Positions 10,517-24,206 of a stretch of DNA of 64,000 bases are shown here, piece by piece. The position numbers and the translations under genes are program-made. Location of the stretch: NCBI GenBank assembly GCA_964106915.2, contig OZ066918.1. One strand, 5' to 3'. Below the pieces are notes generated by a model that was not told the origin of the DNA, did not search any database, and saw nothing but the letters and a program-made list of their open reading frames with translations. Source of the stretch: Podarcis gaigeae. Its lineage: Eukaryota. The stretch's first letter is position 1. Each line of letters begins with the position of its first letter.

Positions 10517-12768
10517 AGCGTTTGGTGGGGGGCAGCCTTCTTAGTTCTAATTATGGAAACTCCCCCTGGATTGAGATTCCCTACTTCCCGGTGTCTACCA
10601 TATTTTAGCTTTGCTTTGCTTTTTCTTCTTCTTTTGGAGCATGGCGATGGCATGAAGGACTAAAGCTGAGCTACCGCAGTGCCTGAAGTGAAGATCACTC
10701 CACAGGCTTCCTCAACCCCCCATTTTAATTGGTCCTGATTTATTCAAATCTCCAGTACCCACAGCGCTGCTTTCTCATGTTATAACGCGTAAACTGTTTT
10801 TTAAGATGTTGCCATTAACTGTGATTTAAAAGCATCTAAGAGTTCCTAGTGTGTTTTCATACGGACTGCTGCTTTCTCCTAGAATTAAACATTTAGCAGC
10901 AGATGAAATGTTTCTAGCAGGAATACAGCTTAATGATACATTTCCCCATAGGGATCAATTACAGTACAGTTGGACCTAACTTTTCTCCCCTAATTTGCCA
11001 AGGAAAGGTTGTTTGGTTGCCAGAAGGTTGGGAGGGGTACTTATTCCTATTTGCTGTGATGGGTTAAAATCCACAATAAAATGCATTGTCTTCTCTCTTT
11101 TAGCTTCTCCGGTGGCCATTAGCTACATGTGGAGTCCTGCATCCTGCTTTTCTGAGGGTGGGTGATACCCAGACTAAAGTGGACTAAAATACTCTGTTGC
11201 CCTAGTACAACAAATCCACTTTTTAAAAGGAAACAGACTTTTTGCAGTTAATAAAATGATAGGGAAAATGTCTTGAAAATTGTGGAACAAACAACCTTTT
11301 AACAGGACGATCGATGCATAAATAGCCCACAAGCAAATCAGGATGAATTTCCATTGCTGTCTGCATAAACACCCCAGAAACCAATCAGAAGCAAATGCAC
11401 AATGAAGCCTGGATACAATCTATGCTCCACCTAAGGTTTGTGCAAGCAAGTCAGGATGAATCCTCAGTGAGTAAGTTGTCTGTCAGAGGCCCAAGAAAGA
11501 TGGCAAACCTTTATGAAAGCAAAAGAAACATTTAAATAATCTGAAAGGGAGAGGGTCATTGTGCAAAATTATATAGAAATAAAGAGAGCGAACCATATCC
11601 AAAGGGACCTTGCACCAGACTCTCTAGCAGAACCCAGACACCTCACTCCCATTGCCACTGTGACCGCTTGTTAAAAGAGGCAGCTTCTTGCCTATTCCCT
11701 ACTGCAGTTCCACACAGCTGGCACAGATGCAGCAAACAGCTCAGTAACAAGTGACAGCCAGGGCCATTGGGGATCCACTTGGTCCTATAAAGCTACTGAC
11801 TATTGGCTCCATGGTCTCTGCCACTTGTTGCCTGAGTGAAGACCAAACCAGCTGCTCTTAGGCGGGCCACAGCTTCCTGCCTTTTCAATCACCCCCTCTC
11901 TTGCCTCCAAAATGCCAGCTATAAGCACTGCTATCTGCCTAGCTCTGCATTTTTAACCCCCCATGTTGTTTTAGTTATAAAGTGAGCCACAGGAGGGGGA
12001 AAAAATCTTCTGTATGCCTCTGATTATAATCAGAGACTCATTCACCATGTGTGCAAATCCGAAAAAGAGCCCAGATTTATTCATGAGTGCTGAACATCCA
12101 GCTTCCTATTAAAGGCTCTGTATTTGTAAGGCACAGAACATCAGATCTATACAGCCAAATGCATGGTGTCAGCTGCTGTGTCCGGATGCTGAACAGGAAT
12201 ACAAAACATCCTGGTGCTGTATTTAAATTGACAAGGGTTACTATATTGGGAGTTTTTGCTGTCTCACTGGGAGCCTGGGGACACAGCTGTCAAACCGAGA
12301 AGCCAGGAATGTCCTGCAAACTGAACCCTGTCAACCTCTTTCATTTCTGCGATGGGAAACTTTCCTCGTTCAGTCCTTCTCCTTCACCCACCTCGTGCGA
12401 TGTCTTGTGTGAGTTGAGCTCTTAAACTGCATGTTGTCATTCACTGGATACTAAATCCTTTCACTTCTTGGTTAGGAAATAATGCTTCACAGCCTGCACC
12501 ACTGGATTGTATATGGCAAATGTTTACACAGAGAGCCCAAATCCCAGATCTATAAATTCTGGTCCTGAACTATAAGAAATAAGTAAGTGAGGGCTAGAAG
12601 TGGGAATGAACAGAGCTAGTTATGAATGTCCAGCTGGGGTTTAAATGAACTGTGGCCTATGGATCAGAGCAGGTAAGTGTGAAAGTGAATGGAGAACCAA
12701 TTTCAAGGTGGGCATAACTAGTGTCATCACTGGTGTTATGGTCGCTTTTGAGAGCACAAACCGAATGT

Positions 12769-13122
12769 AAAAAGGTAAAGGTACCCCTGACCATTAGGTC
12801 CAGTCGCGGACGACTCTGAGGTTGCAGCACACATCTCGCTTTACTGGCCGAGGGAGCCGACATTTGTCCACAGTTTTTCTGGGTCATATGGCCAGCATGA
12901 CTAAGCCACTTCTGGCGAACCAGAGCAGTGCACGGAAATGCTGTTTACCTTCCCGCCAGAGCAGTACCTATTTATCTACTTGCACTTTGACGTGCTTTTG
13001 AACTGCTAGGTGGGCAGGAGCAGGGACCGAGTAATGGGAGCTCACCCCATCGCGGGGATTCGAACCGCTGACCTTCCAATTGGCAAGCCCTAGGCTCTGA
13101 GGTTTAGACCACAGCACCACCC
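12769..13122 (-). mobile_element. Sauria SINE (Squam1), near full length
   Basis: Minus strand has B box GGTTCGAATCCCC, body AAGTGCAAGTAGATAAATAGGTAC and an (ACCTTT)n tail. Homologous to the 26168 and 51416 copies. Confidence 0.9.
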
Positions 13123-15409
13123 AAATATACTTTACCTTTAAAACTCCTCATGACTTATCTATTTGCCCTTGAATTTCAAAATGTCCTGCCCATGATGCTG
13201 CCTCCTACACCTTGCAATTATTTCCAAAACATGGTGGTGTTGCCTCCACCTGTTCCTTCAGATCCCTCCTCAAAACTCACCTTTTATGTCAAGGCTCTGG
13301 CTCAGTTCCTTACAGAGCAATCCAGCCCCTCCAACCTCCTTACATTGGGCTTTGGGATATGTGGTTTGAGTTACGGTGTTCATCTGCTCAACGCTGCCAC
13401 CTACCAGTTACCAAACTTGCAAGCAGGAGGGCTGCTGGTGCTTCTCCTGAAATGGGGGGTGCCAAGGAGGGCAGCAGGTCTGAGCTGGCCTGGGATCCAC
13501 TGGATCCAAAGTGATTGTACAACAGCATTGGGGCCTGATCCAAAGCTATTTTCTAGGCTAGCCTGGAGCTGACACAATAATAAAGTTTCCTTTCCACACC
13601 AACACCCCCACGGCTACCATGAGTGGCTGGGCTGAGGATGCAGCCATGGCTCTGCAAAACCCCACCAGCAGGGTGAGGTTGGAATGTGCCTTTAGTCATC
13701 ACCCTCCACCCCACCCTGCTGAGTCTAAGCCTTTTGTGCATATTCTCCCCATAACGCTTTCATCCAGCTTGTCTTCATCACTGTTGAAATGTAATTATAA
13801 GCATCTTAGCCAGGGACCTGGTCAGTCTTTAAAAACAAACGAACACTGTTTCCCAGGGGTTTAGAATTCAATGTGCTTTGGATTATCCTTGGCAACCACC
13901 CTGCAGTACATTGAAAAGATTAAGGGGTCAAATTTTCCTGTATGGACCTCTCCTGAACATCCAAATGTTGGCAAGTTGAGAATCCCAGGACACCCAACTG
14001 ACATAATTCAAGGGGAAATGTGAGTGAAAGTTTGACACCTGACATTGTTTCCTAGTTTAGCAGTGGAATGAAAACAGAGTGGGTTCATTGTTAAGAAATG
14101 TTGATGCCAAGCCTGTACAGAGCTATCAAGCTGACAAATCAAGAGAGACGTTTTCATCCTGTAGCTAGATTCATATGGATGCATTTGATCCAGATATACA
14201 GAAGTGCTTCAAACAGGCTCTAGATGTTAGGTGTGGGCTGACAGCAATGGACTACTGCAATACACACCACCAGCAACCCCATGGTTCACCTATGTGTCAT
14301 AATGTTAAAAGCTTACTTAAAGACATCATAAATATATTCTAAGTTACCCTGATAATGCACACTTGATTCAGAAATGCCTCTCAGGGTCTGACCATTCCCC
14401 TAGTTCAGCATTCATTACTAGAATTCCAGCTTTAGAATGCTCCACTTGCCTTCACCCAATTCTATGGGGCAAGAAACTTACTCCTGGCACACTTTTCAAT
14501 GTTCAATTCACACACAATAAGACCTGCAGGGTGGTCCCTCTAAGACACTGTCACTAATTGTAATTTGTACAAAGTTACTATTTACATTTTCTTTCTAGAA
14601 ACAAAAAGAACAGCAGCGGTATAAAGAGACTCAGAAATGCATTGAATACTGTCATTGGAATGTGTTTACTACCCCAGCCAATGTTAGCAGACTACTAGCA
14701 CTGTTAGTAGTTTTGGTTTGGGCTACTGTACTAGCTGGGATGATGGGAGTTGTAGTCTAAAACTTGAGGAAGGGGACCAGGCAGGTGATGGGTGCACTAG
14801 AAACTGGCCCAGGATCAAGTGAAATACAGTTTCCACATGTAATGTAAAGAATCAGTAAGCAAATTATATATGCCAGGGTTAAGATATTTGAGATTTCTAG
14901 CCAAGAAAAAAGGTTGGTCTCTTCTCTCTTCCACCCCACTTCCTCCTTCCAATTCTTTGCAAATATTTGCATTTTCAGTGGTTAGGTTCATGGGTTGTTG
15001 TTGTTTTTTAAAAAATAAAATGAATCTTTTTGAAAATACTGCATTATGGAAGTAAGGCAACTGACAACTTCTATACCATCATTATCATCGCCATCCAAGT
15101 TAAAATTCTCCAAACTAGGGAGAAACACTTTACACTCAACAAAACATACTCTCCCTCCCTCTAATTACACAGCAAGACAAATATGCTGGCAAAACACATC
15201 TGCACAAAACCAAGGAGAAGGTGTTGTCAAATGTAATTTGATGCATTAAATATTTAAGTCGCTCTTTATATAAAATTCAACAGATGCTGGTGCAGTGCTT
15301 CTCCTACCAGCTATTTAACTCTTCTCTTTAGCATAAACAAAAAACAAAACCGAGAAAAAGTCTTGACTCAGCAAAGAAAAACATGGTGCATTTGGGTAAT
15401 GTCCATGGA

Positions 15410-15410
15410 G

Positions 15411-15442
<32 letters not shown>

Positions 15443-15454
15443 GGGGGGGGGGGG
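15410..15454. repeat. Compound microsatellite (CA)n(GA)n(G)n
   Basis: Directly visible. Confidence 0.9.
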
Positions 15455-15672
15455 ACAGTAATATGGAGGTGGAGCTGAAGAGGATTCTATGAAGTTGAAC
15501 ACATCTCACACCAGAATTTCAAAAACCACCATGTGAATTCTAATCACACACACACCCCCGGTGATTTCAATAAGAACTGGTGGAGCATTTCAAAATAATC
15601 CATTTGACAAGCTGATACTTCATTGCCTTAAGATTCATCGACAATATTAGCTGTATCGGGTCAGCTCCTTAC

Positions 15673-15907
15673 ATGGACTGCAATCCTTACAAATTGCTGC
15701 AACTTTATAGCTGTGTCCTGGCTACATCTGCAGCGATGTTTTCCCATGCAATTCCAGCTACATGAGTGGCCAAGGAGGAAGTGCAGCTGCTCACCGCAAA
15801 CTGGCAGCCCACTGTATGAACTGGCATTCAGCGTGTCAAAATGGCAGGCGTTCAACATTTTCACACAACTGAATAACCTTGCAGTTGAGATGAATGAGGA
15901 AGTAAAG
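15673..15907 (-). other. Candidate exon (235 nt) of an unidentified minus-strand transcript
   Basis: Acceptor cccttaacctcttttcAG and donor CAT|GTAAGG. One frame is open throughout and the sequence is non-repetitive, but no protein similarity is recognised. Confidence 0.25.
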
Positions 15908-17123
15908 CTGAAAAGAGGTTAAGGGGCAGGGGACTGGCTAAGAAAAAAAGTATTGCGCTGTTGTAAGGTTCCAGTAATTGAGCATACGTAAACCAACAAA
16001 ATTCAGTCTTGAGAGCATTTTTTCGAGACTAATTTTGCATGTTACAGTGTTCCGCACTCCCTTAAATATCAACATTCCATTCAGAGTTGAGAAATATATT
16101 CTTCATTATGACCCTTAGCTTCTTGGTGTGTGTTTGCTCACTTTGACCTTTAACAATTTCCATTTGCTCCTGTGCCCTTGTCACAGGAGTGCCTTACACT
16201 CCGAGCTTTAGCATTTGCATTGGAGTGGCTGTTGGGACTTCTTTTCCTAAATCGCTAACATGCATGTGCAGCAAATCCTAGGACTGAGCTGCCGTTTTAT
16301 CACAGGGCCCAGTAAATCTTTGCTTGCCCAAATATCAGTTTACATTATTTGTTCAAACTGTCTCTTGCCATCTTCAGAACAGAAGGCAGAAAACCTACAA
16401 TATTGAATGGCTTTGTAGCAGTGGCTCCCCTGGTAGCCTTTGGCAACTAAAAACTGAGTCTAAGTACCAGACATATATAATCTTTGGGGCACTGATCAGA
16501 AAACAGTATTCCATCCTCACTACAACATCCTATAATGGCAGCCAGAAGCGGAGGAGAGCATAGAGAATATGCATGACATAGATTCTTATTGCAACCCATT
16601 ACTCAAAATGCAAGACTGATTTCTCCCATAGCTATAAAACAAGATTATTTTGAAAAAATAGCAGAATTACCACTATAGACATCTTTAATTGCCCATGTCT
16701 GCCAAGCATCATTCTCTCTTGAGAGAAAAATTGCTGCTCAAATAAGTTAGGCAGTGGTATCTGATCACCCATTTACTAGAATATAATATTTGATTGTGTG
16801 TTAGTTCTGATGCTTCTGCAAAATGGAAAAAATTTAGGACTTAAAATGTTTGTTTGTAGGAGCTTGCCTTCATAATTTTAATCATTTGCTCCACCCCAAG
16901 TTCCCTGTACAGTCCCTGGATAAATAAGGATGAGTACATTTTCATAAACCTAAAAATGAATACAAATGCAGAAGCTCTAGCTTAGCTGCCCTGATTGTGC
17001 CCCTGACCAAGGACTTCTCAGCTCTCTGTTACTTGGATGGTGTTTTAGCTTGCAGGCCTTTATTTATGACTGTAATAATGCGAAGAGTCAAAGAAAGCTG
17101 TTCTCTCCCTTCAATAAAGATGA

Positions 17124-17186
<63 letters not shown>
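17124..17186. repeat. (TAT)n microsatellite
   Basis: Directly visible; explains the poly-Leu ORF 16997-17206. Confidence 0.95.
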
Positions 17187-17245
17187 CCTTCCTGCACTTG
17201 CTTTGAGAATTTGATCTGCATTACCTTCTGGATATCTTTTTTAAA

Positions 17246-17246
17246 A

Positions 17247-17310
<64 letters not shown>
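17246..17310. repeat. (GAAA)n microsatellite
   Basis: Directly visible. Confidence 0.95.
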
Positions 17311-17315
<5 letters not shown>

Positions 17316-17644
17316 CATATAATTCTGTTTGTTGTACAAAAATGTCTCCACTCGTGGAAAAAATCTGGCTAGATATGTTGTCATGCCTAAGGCCAGCTAC
17401 ATGGCTGAGAAGGGATTTTCAACACAGATCTACCATATTCAAATCCAAAACTTGTCCACTGCATCATTACTACCTGTCCTTCGCCTTGAAAATATCCTCT
17501 AAATAATGTTACGTCCCGAACTGCCTTGCATCTTATGTAAAGCCAAGCAAATCTGCATTAGTGTTGCTCATTTAAATGGGTAAAATAATTAAAAGAATGG
17601 AGACTTTAACGGGGGAAAGCTCAGTATTGTCGCCATCTTCTTTA

Positions 17645-17800
17645 CCATGGGTAGAGCACATGTTTTGCCTACACAAAGCCTGAGGCTAAATCTCTGGCAT
17701 TTCTCAAGGATCTCAAATAGCAGGACTGGGATCTCGAAACCTGGGGTGTCAGAGGGCTGCTGCCAGTCAGACGGGAGAAAACTGGGCTAGATGGGCAAGT
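17645..17800 (+). mobile_element. Old tRNA-derived SINE
   Basis: GGTAGAGCACATGTTTTGC tRNA-like head and GCTGCTGCCAGTCAG body, shared with 27650-27800. Confidence 0.5.
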
Positions 17801-17882
17801 TTCAATAATGTGTGTATGTTTATTTGACTGACGCATTCCAAGGACTCAACGTAGGCAACAGTGAATTCATTACTCTATGTGG

Positions 17883-18119
17883 CAGTGTGTTTTTTTCCTG
17901 GGGGGACGCAGGGGTACGCATATCCCTAGACATTTTGTGAAGCTAACGGGAGAAGAAACATTTTTAAATATATATATAGTTTCTTCTCTAGCGTGGTGAA
18001 TCGTCAGTTCTGTTGCTACCCCTGATGGAGGCCTCATTTCCCGTCGCAGTGTTTACTGGAAGCGAGCGTTTAATGAGAGTACTCCTAAACATTTTTTTTT
18101 TTAAGGAAAAAAAGCACTG
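17883..18119. mobile_element. hAT-type MITE, CAGTGCTTTTTT-TIR family
   Basis: TIR CAGTGTGTTTTTT / AAAAAAAGCACTG; TSD CTATGTGG / CTATATGG. Reverse-complement homolog of 60415-60636. Confidence 0.85.
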
Positions 18120-18874
18120 CTATATGGTATACATTTTTTATGTTTGTTCATCAGTAAATGTAAGGGCCTTTTACAGTCCTTGTATCTTTCCATAATCTTT
18201 TCATAATTCAAACATTTTTAGCTCCTTGGACAAAATCACACACCAAATTAAACAATTAAAAAAAACTGCAAACATGGGAGCTGAGGTCAATTACCTCTCA
18301 ACACCTTGCAGAGTATATTTCTGGGAAATGAATCAATTGTGAAGCTACCGTCTTCTGTAACTGGGATGTACCATATCAAACAACAAAGTTATTCATCTGC
18401 ACCTTATTAATGTTCCCACAGCACAGTTGTTATGACTAATTTTTGACTACTTAATTTCTGCTGCTCAAAATACATACCTTCTTGAGGGAGGAGGAGGAAA
18501 TCAGGGTTTTCTTTTGCTTTTAAACAGAAGAGTAGTCATAGGCACTTCACTACTGAACACAACACCTTAATCATGTCCAGAACGAAAAGCAACCAAGTAG
18601 CCACTATAGTATTTCATTACTAGCAGGAATTCAGAATGAAGCCAAAGTAAACGGCAAAGCAATTCTTCTCACTAAAACAAGAAGGAATACATCACCAACC
18701 CCTTGCTTTAGAAGCAAGCAAGCAAGTGTGTAGTTAGGAACTGTGAAATTTAATCTGTTTGTGGATAAGGTGACCATGTGATATCTATGAGCAGGTGTTG
18801 GGTTCAAGCAAGATGAACTAGTTTATGCTGCCTATTCAGCCTTCCCTTCGAATACCACCCCACAGTGGGGTCTA

Positions 18875-19170
18875 CGTGTCAATAGTTAAATTATGGAATT
18901 TGCTCCCACAAGAGGCTGTGATGGCCACCAACTTGGATGGCTTTAAAAGAGGATAAGGCTACCAGTGGCCACCACCCCTACTGCCACTGTTGGAGGAAAT
19001 GGGCATCTGGGTGCTTGTTGCTGGAAACCACAGGAGTGGAGAGGGCTGTTGCTCTCAGGTCCTATTTATGGGCTTCGCAGAGGGATCTGATTGGCCGGGG
19101 TGGGCACAGGATGCTGGACTGGGTGGGCCTTGGGCCTGATCCACCAAGGCTTTTCTTCTGTTCTTATGTG
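18875..19170 (+). mobile_element. Old CR1-type LINE 3' end
   Basis: TGGAATTTGCTCCCACAAGAGGCTGTGATGGCCACCAACTTGGATGGCTTTAAAAGAGG encodes WNLLPQEAVMATNLDGFKR (CR1 ORF2 end). Ends GCCTGATCCACCAAGGCTTTTCTTCTGTTCTTATG. Confidence 0.7.
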
Positions 19171-20819
19171 TCTTTACTGTGATGTAGGCACACCCAGCTA
19201 CCCATGGTGCAGGGGCCAAGATTGCTTTGGGTTAGATGCTTTATATTAGTTCAGAATATTTGTTGATCTAGCCCAATATTGTTTTACTGTGACTGGCATT
19301 GACCTTCCGTCCCCCCCTCCCCAAAGAATCAATCCATTCTATGCTGTTTTGGGAGGAGGTGGGACCACATGTTTCCCTGAAGAGCCAGATGGTCTGTAAA
19401 GTCTTTCATGTCATGTGTAGCATTTAAGCAAACTCCCTTTCACAGTCCCATTAGTAGAGGACATTGGGATTTTCCTCCGCCTGAGGCTTCCCAACATGAG
19501 CAAAAAGTCGCAGGAGGAAAGTCCTTGTTCATATCATTATATAATGCTTTGTATATAATGCATTGAGGAAGCAATACTTGGGACAAATTTTAGGGAGAGG
19601 TCTGACCATGAGCTTGCAATCCATATACTGGTTGGCCAAGGTAAATATAAATCTGTGAAGACTACACATTTTCTATCTGCAGTAACCAACGTGAGGACAA
19701 AATTCTTCAGGATGACTGCTGCGTCTTGCCAGGGAGATTAAGAATTCTAAGTTTGTTTTACGCTTTGATTCATTAAGTTCTTACATAATTTTATTCTGAT
19801 TTGCATACCTTTCAGATTCAGTTAAACTCAACCCACTCTACTGCTTTAATATTTCATTTTAATATTTGTTAAAAGAGGAACAATCTTTCCTTTTTTTTGA
19901 AGGGGCATGTTATGATCTGCCAGGGAAATTCAGCATTTTAAGTTGGTTTATGTTGTAGTTCGTTTCGGTCTCAGCTAACCTCTCTTGATGTCACATAGTG
20001 CTACTTTCATACTGTTATAAACCTTGTACTGTGGTGGCCTGATGATTAGGTACAAATAAAACAATCTGAATCTTAACTGGCAGGAGCTCTGCAGAGTTTC
20101 ATGCAAATAAAGTTTTTTACATCACCTACTCCCTGATCCTTTCGGTTCAGGTGCCAGAAATTGAACCTGGGTTCTCCTTCATGCACAATAAGCAGTCTGC
20201 AACTAAGCTATGGTCCCTCTCATGACCATATTTTTCTAAGTACCGGTATATATTTGTGTCAGCTGCTAATTAAAACTCCAGTCTCAGTGATAACTAGGGT
20301 GGCCATGTGCCCTCCCTTACAAGAGGGCAGGATTCTGTTTGAAGGAGTTGTCCCATCTTCCTGTGCGAAGATAAAAGAACCATAAGAAGGAAGTGCAGGT
20401 GCCTTTAAGTTGCTGATGAAGTTATCACCTGGACTGCAGACTAAGCCTCCTGGTCAAAGTATTCTCCCATGGTGGTGGGATGCACTGTATTTCTATTTAA
20501 ATCATAGCAATTATTCCTAAATTTGTATATATACACATAAATTAGCACATGCAAATTTCATGCAAATCTAAGGGTGGAATTAAACAGAGTGCTAAGTGAA
20601 GTATGTACATTAGGAACAAGGTCTGTTCTCAGAATGAGACTTTTCCACCCTCTCCTCCTATGTCCACTCCTAAAAATGTTATGGGGTTTTCTCCAACCCT
20701 CCAAATCAGATTTATAGGAGGGTGTGCATGGGGAAGGGGGAAAGTCCCATTGCAACAAGCATACCTTGTTCTGCACATACAACAATCCCACCCTATGTTT
20801 TTTAAACAAAATAGTAACA

Positions 20820-20900
20820 TGTCTCCTGTTGAGATTCCTGCATTGCAAGGGATTGGACTAGATGACCCTTGCGTTCCTTCCAACTCTACAGTTCTATGAT
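20820..20900 (+). mobile_element. CR1 extreme 3' end
   Basis: TTGGACTAGATGACCCTTGCGTTCCTTCCAACTCTACAGTTCTATGAT. Confidence 0.7.
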
Positions 20901-23898
20901 CCCATGATTCCTCTTTTTCACAATGCGTCAATGTGAAATGTCATCCTATTGTCAGCAGAAGGGTTTAAAGCACATTAAGCATTTGAGAAACTGAAGTCAA
21001 CAGTTGGCACAAACAAGGCCTATGTCATATGATGAGCTCTTCCCAGTTGGCATCTCTTTGGAAGCTGGTTTTAAAAGGCCCAGTGCCAAGATTCTACAAT
21101 TATACCTGTCTGGGCTCCAGACCTACCCCACAGATTAATGCACAATGTGAAAACATTACACTACGAGATTCCTTTTCCCCTTGCCCCATTTTAGTACATT
21201 GTGCATCTCTGAAATATGTGGAAGTCTAAACTCTTCTTCCTAAAGCTACCAGTGAGAAAATGGCAATGCAAGTGCAGGAAGAAAAAGCTGAGTAACAATT
21301 CATTGACCCTTTCTATTCCTTTCTGACAGATAAGGAAAATATACTCACGGCGTGTGATCTTATTATTGTGTATGTATCACTAGACATGACAAATCATGGC
21401 AGCTTGATAAAGCTACATGCCTGTACCTTTCCAATCTACAACTTCAAGTTGACAGGATTGTGTATGTATATAACATAGTTGGTTTTTTTATTCCTGTGCC
21501 TAGAAAAGCAATAGGACTAGAAAAGCAATATTCCTTTCTATTATTTTTTAAGAGGGAAAGTGTCCAAATTATACAGTTTTGTCACACCATTAACTCAAGT
21601 ACTATTGACTTTGTACAAAAGCCAATGCACACAAATGAAGTTCCTACCCACTGAAATGACTACATAGCTCCCCCTAAAACCAGATTATGCTTCCAGGACA
21701 GACTCTCCTTATGCAATGACATGCGATTATATGCATATGTGTTTTGGGGCAAGAACAATGGGTCAGATCCTCAGCTCACATATATCAATAATACAGCTCC
21801 AAGCAAGGAGCTATATGGGCACACATGCAAGCAGAGAATGAAATGAGTCACTGTTTAAACTGGCCAATGATTCAGGGGAGCTCCACTTTCAGTCTAATCC
21901 AGTCCTGCACATATGCAGCACTCTGAGCCAAATATACATACTGTTTGTTACCTGTCTAGTGCTGAACAACCCCAGGAAGTTAAAACTGGGCCTCCATACA
22001 CAGCTGTCTGTTGGCATTTGGCTTAGGAGATCCCACCCTGGGTCACCTTGATCTCATTCATGGACTACCTGGAAACATCCAAATGACAAGCAATGGGAAC
22101 CTACATGGACAGTCATAAATATCAGCCAGTTTGGGCAAATGATGGATCCTGGAGCTTTCTGAGAGGCAAATTGCACAGACACCTCACTATGCATACTCCC
22201 ACACACATCAGTGAATAACTAATGCAAGTCCCCATCAATATTTTTTCTAGCCACCTAGTGAAAAGGGAGAATCCCAGTATCATAGCTGATGTTGCACCAA
22301 ACAAATGTTACCCAGACTTTTCAGCACATTTTTCTTATTGCATTTTAAAAGCTCCAAATCAACTCTGCAACCTGAATTTGCCGGTATGTAACCAAATCCC
22401 ATCCAAAAATAGTGGCAGTCTGGAAGAGCCCACAAAGGGCAAATGGGAGGGCCATCTGCACTTGGGGCAGGCTTCCCAGGAATGATCCCAGGTGCATCTC
22501 AGGGGCATCACAGGGGCAGCAACACATCTTGCTTTCCATAAAACTTCCTGGAACACTGGCGTAGCAAGAGTAAGAGACCCGTGCTGCCTGTCATTCTTGG
22601 GACCCCCTACTCACAAACCTCCAGGCCGGTCAATGGTATTTCTGCAAGTTCTAGGAGACTGGGTGGCATTTTTCACAAGGTTTTCTTTACTGACACCAGA
22701 TTTGAGAAGGATAAAGGCAAGACTCAAGTCAAGTGTGTAATAAGAACCTTGGACTGTAAGGACAGGGTTTGTTTAAGAGAGAGAGAGAACCCATCAGGTT
22801 CCAACAAATGTGGTTTTAATTAGTTGATACAGAGCTCAATTAGAGATTAAGTGAAGTAGTCAGCGAACACTCAAACTAATCCATCTCTGTGCTTGTTTGA
22901 CAAATGGAGTGTACATTCTCTAAGAGAGGTTATTGAGTTGCCCAGTGAAGCTGGATGGCTCGGGAGTCCCAAATCTGACACTAATTCACTATTAAAATAG
23001 AAGTTCTGTATTAGTGATTGATTTATTCACCAAAATATCTCATGAGGAAGTGGAGAGCAGGAGATATCCAATTTTAATTTAACAGTGAGAGAGTCTGATT
23101 TACAATGGAGGGCTTTCCCCACACCTTAGACCAGGACTGCACATCTTGCAACCCACCAAATCAACCTCAAGGGTTCAGTCCCTGTTACCCAGGGTCTCCT
23201 GCTCTAGATCTGGCATCCTGGTTAGTTCTCAGATTCCCCCTCATCTCTCCCAGAGACCCAGGAGCCAAGGAAACAGCAAGCTGCCATAGAGCTCAGCTAG
23301 CAGGATCTGAGTCTACTTAAGGGGATGCAGAAGCACATGGAAGAAGTTGCCCAGGGCCTGGCTGAGAGCCAGAAGGGGGTGAAGCCCCCATTTCCTTCTA
23401 GTATATGCTTCTTCATTTGCTGAAGCAACAGCTTCAGCCTTCCTGAACTGGGAATACGGATATGTGACTGCATTTAGCTTGGTAGCTCACAAGTTGTACA
23501 CCAGTAATGCCTCGATTATGGAATGTATTTTAGTCACCGGAGCAAATTATTTTTAGCTGGATTTTAAGTGCTGTTTTAGAATGACTGTGTCCTTCACGTT
23601 AGTTTTCATGTCAAAATCTGAACTTATTTTATTGCTTTCATAACATTTTTTTACTGCTGTGTGTATTTTATTGTTTTAAACTCATTGTGAATTGCCTGCA
23701 GGGTGGGGTTAATAGGCAGTCTAAATACATGCATAGGTGCAAAAGGGGAAAGTCGGGAATGGTCCTGAATGTTCACTGGTATCCGCCATAGTACAACACA
23801 GTATAACAACCCCACTTGTCCAGTTTGGTGGACAGCACAAAATTATATTCAGATGTAATAGATAAACTTGGGAGAGGAAAGGCGTTGCCTTGACTCCT

Positions 23899-24107
23899 GG
23901 TGTGGTGTAGTTGTCAGGGTGTCTATGACCTGGGAGACACCCACAAATACCACCCACAGCCAGTTGTTCACTAGGTGAACTTGGGGCCAGTTAATACCTC
24001 TCAGCTTAACCTGCCTCAAAGGGTTGTTGAGATGATAAAATTTGAGGGACCTTTTATACTACCCTGAGCTACTTCAAGGACGGACAGGTTCAACATGTAA
24101 TTAATAA
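23899..24107 (+). mobile_element. MIR-like CORE-SINE, old
   Basis: GGTGTGGTGTAGTTG head, CTAGGTGAACTTGGGGCCAG core, and CCTCAAAGGGTTGTTGAGATGATAAAAT. Confidence 0.6.
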
Positions 24108-24206
24108 TGATTCTGGTGCAGGTTACAGGTTGGCTGCAGCCAGATGACAGTCCTGTTGGATGCTTTTGCTTATAAACAAAATGGTGTATATAGAGACTCG
24201 TGTCAA

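Noticed and set aside
13385-13410. CTCF-like motif (TAGGTGGCAGC on the minus strand)
   Set aside because: The 5' half of the consensus is mismatched and there is no supporting evidence.
13150-13572. 140-aa ORF
   Set aside because: No domain recognised; its 3' part runs into an old CR1-like 3' UTR relic.
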